Translations under genes and position numbers: made by a program
IMG/VR virus record: IMGVR_UViG_3300042908_001089
Location: 1 to 55,042 of that record
DNA: 55,042 bases
Origin: a virus
Lineage: Duplodnaviria; Caudoviricetes
Reading direction: 5' to 3' (one strand)
Shown here: piece by piece, positions 55,029-55,042 of the stretch
Layout of the letters: each line of letters starts with the position of its first letter
Numbering within the stretch: the first letter of the stretch is position 1
The notes under the pieces: model-generated
Databases searched by the model: none
What the model was told of the DNA's origin: nothing
Seen by the model: the letters and a program-made list of their open reading frames with translations, nothing else

Positions 55029-55042
55029 ACCTAACGGAGTAC

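Larger units (their letters stand above)
1..55042. mobile_element. Temperate tailed bacteriophage genome segment (HK97-type head, siphovirus-like tail, integrase plus attP)
   Basis: Ordered portal-protease-capsid-connector-tail-tape measure cluster, integrase with tRNA-derived att core, no host housekeeping genes. Confidence 0.96.

Noticed and set aside
1-55042. CRISPR array or other regular repeat-spacer array
   Set aside because: No regularly spaced repeats with unique spacers seen; the repeats found are coding or att-related
1-55042. Alternative genetic code
   Set aside because: Standard-code ORFs tile the window densely, with full-length proteins and coupled stops and starts

Overview
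The whole window is part of a temperate tailed phage genome with an HK97-type head and a long, probably non-contractile tail. It appears to be in the excised (attP) state. Left end: an attP site built around the 3' half of a tRNA-Gln(CTG), flanked by arm-type repeats, followed by a tyrosine integrase. Positions 1.6-43.1 kb: one long minus-strand late region running portal, prohead protease/scaffold, major capsid, head-tail genes, two paralogous tail-tube-like genes, a chaperone pair joined by a -1 frameshift, tape measure, many tail-tip/fibre proteins, a glycosyltransferase, a papain-like peptidase with holin-like genes, an HNH nuclease and a methyltransferase. Positions 43.1-55 kb: plus-strand genes, including a large divergent single-subunit two-barrel (YonO / cellular-RdRP-like) RNA polymerase candidate followed by a densely structured non-coding stretch, and small early-type genes separated by terminators and recurrent mini-hairpin motifs. 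No terminase, DNA polymerase or repressor was recognised, so they probably lie outside the window. A Planctomycetota host is my tentative inference from gene style only. Most notable: (i) the RNAP-like protein with a DxDD motif and swapped motif order, plus its downstream structured RNA and template-strand hairpins; (ii) an apparently intact DEDDh exonuclease inside the tape measure protein; (iii) fibre proteins sharing an N-terminal 'IRIKR..ELA.N' module and a C-terminal 'DGGxF' tag. All calls come from motifs read by eye; no database searches were run.
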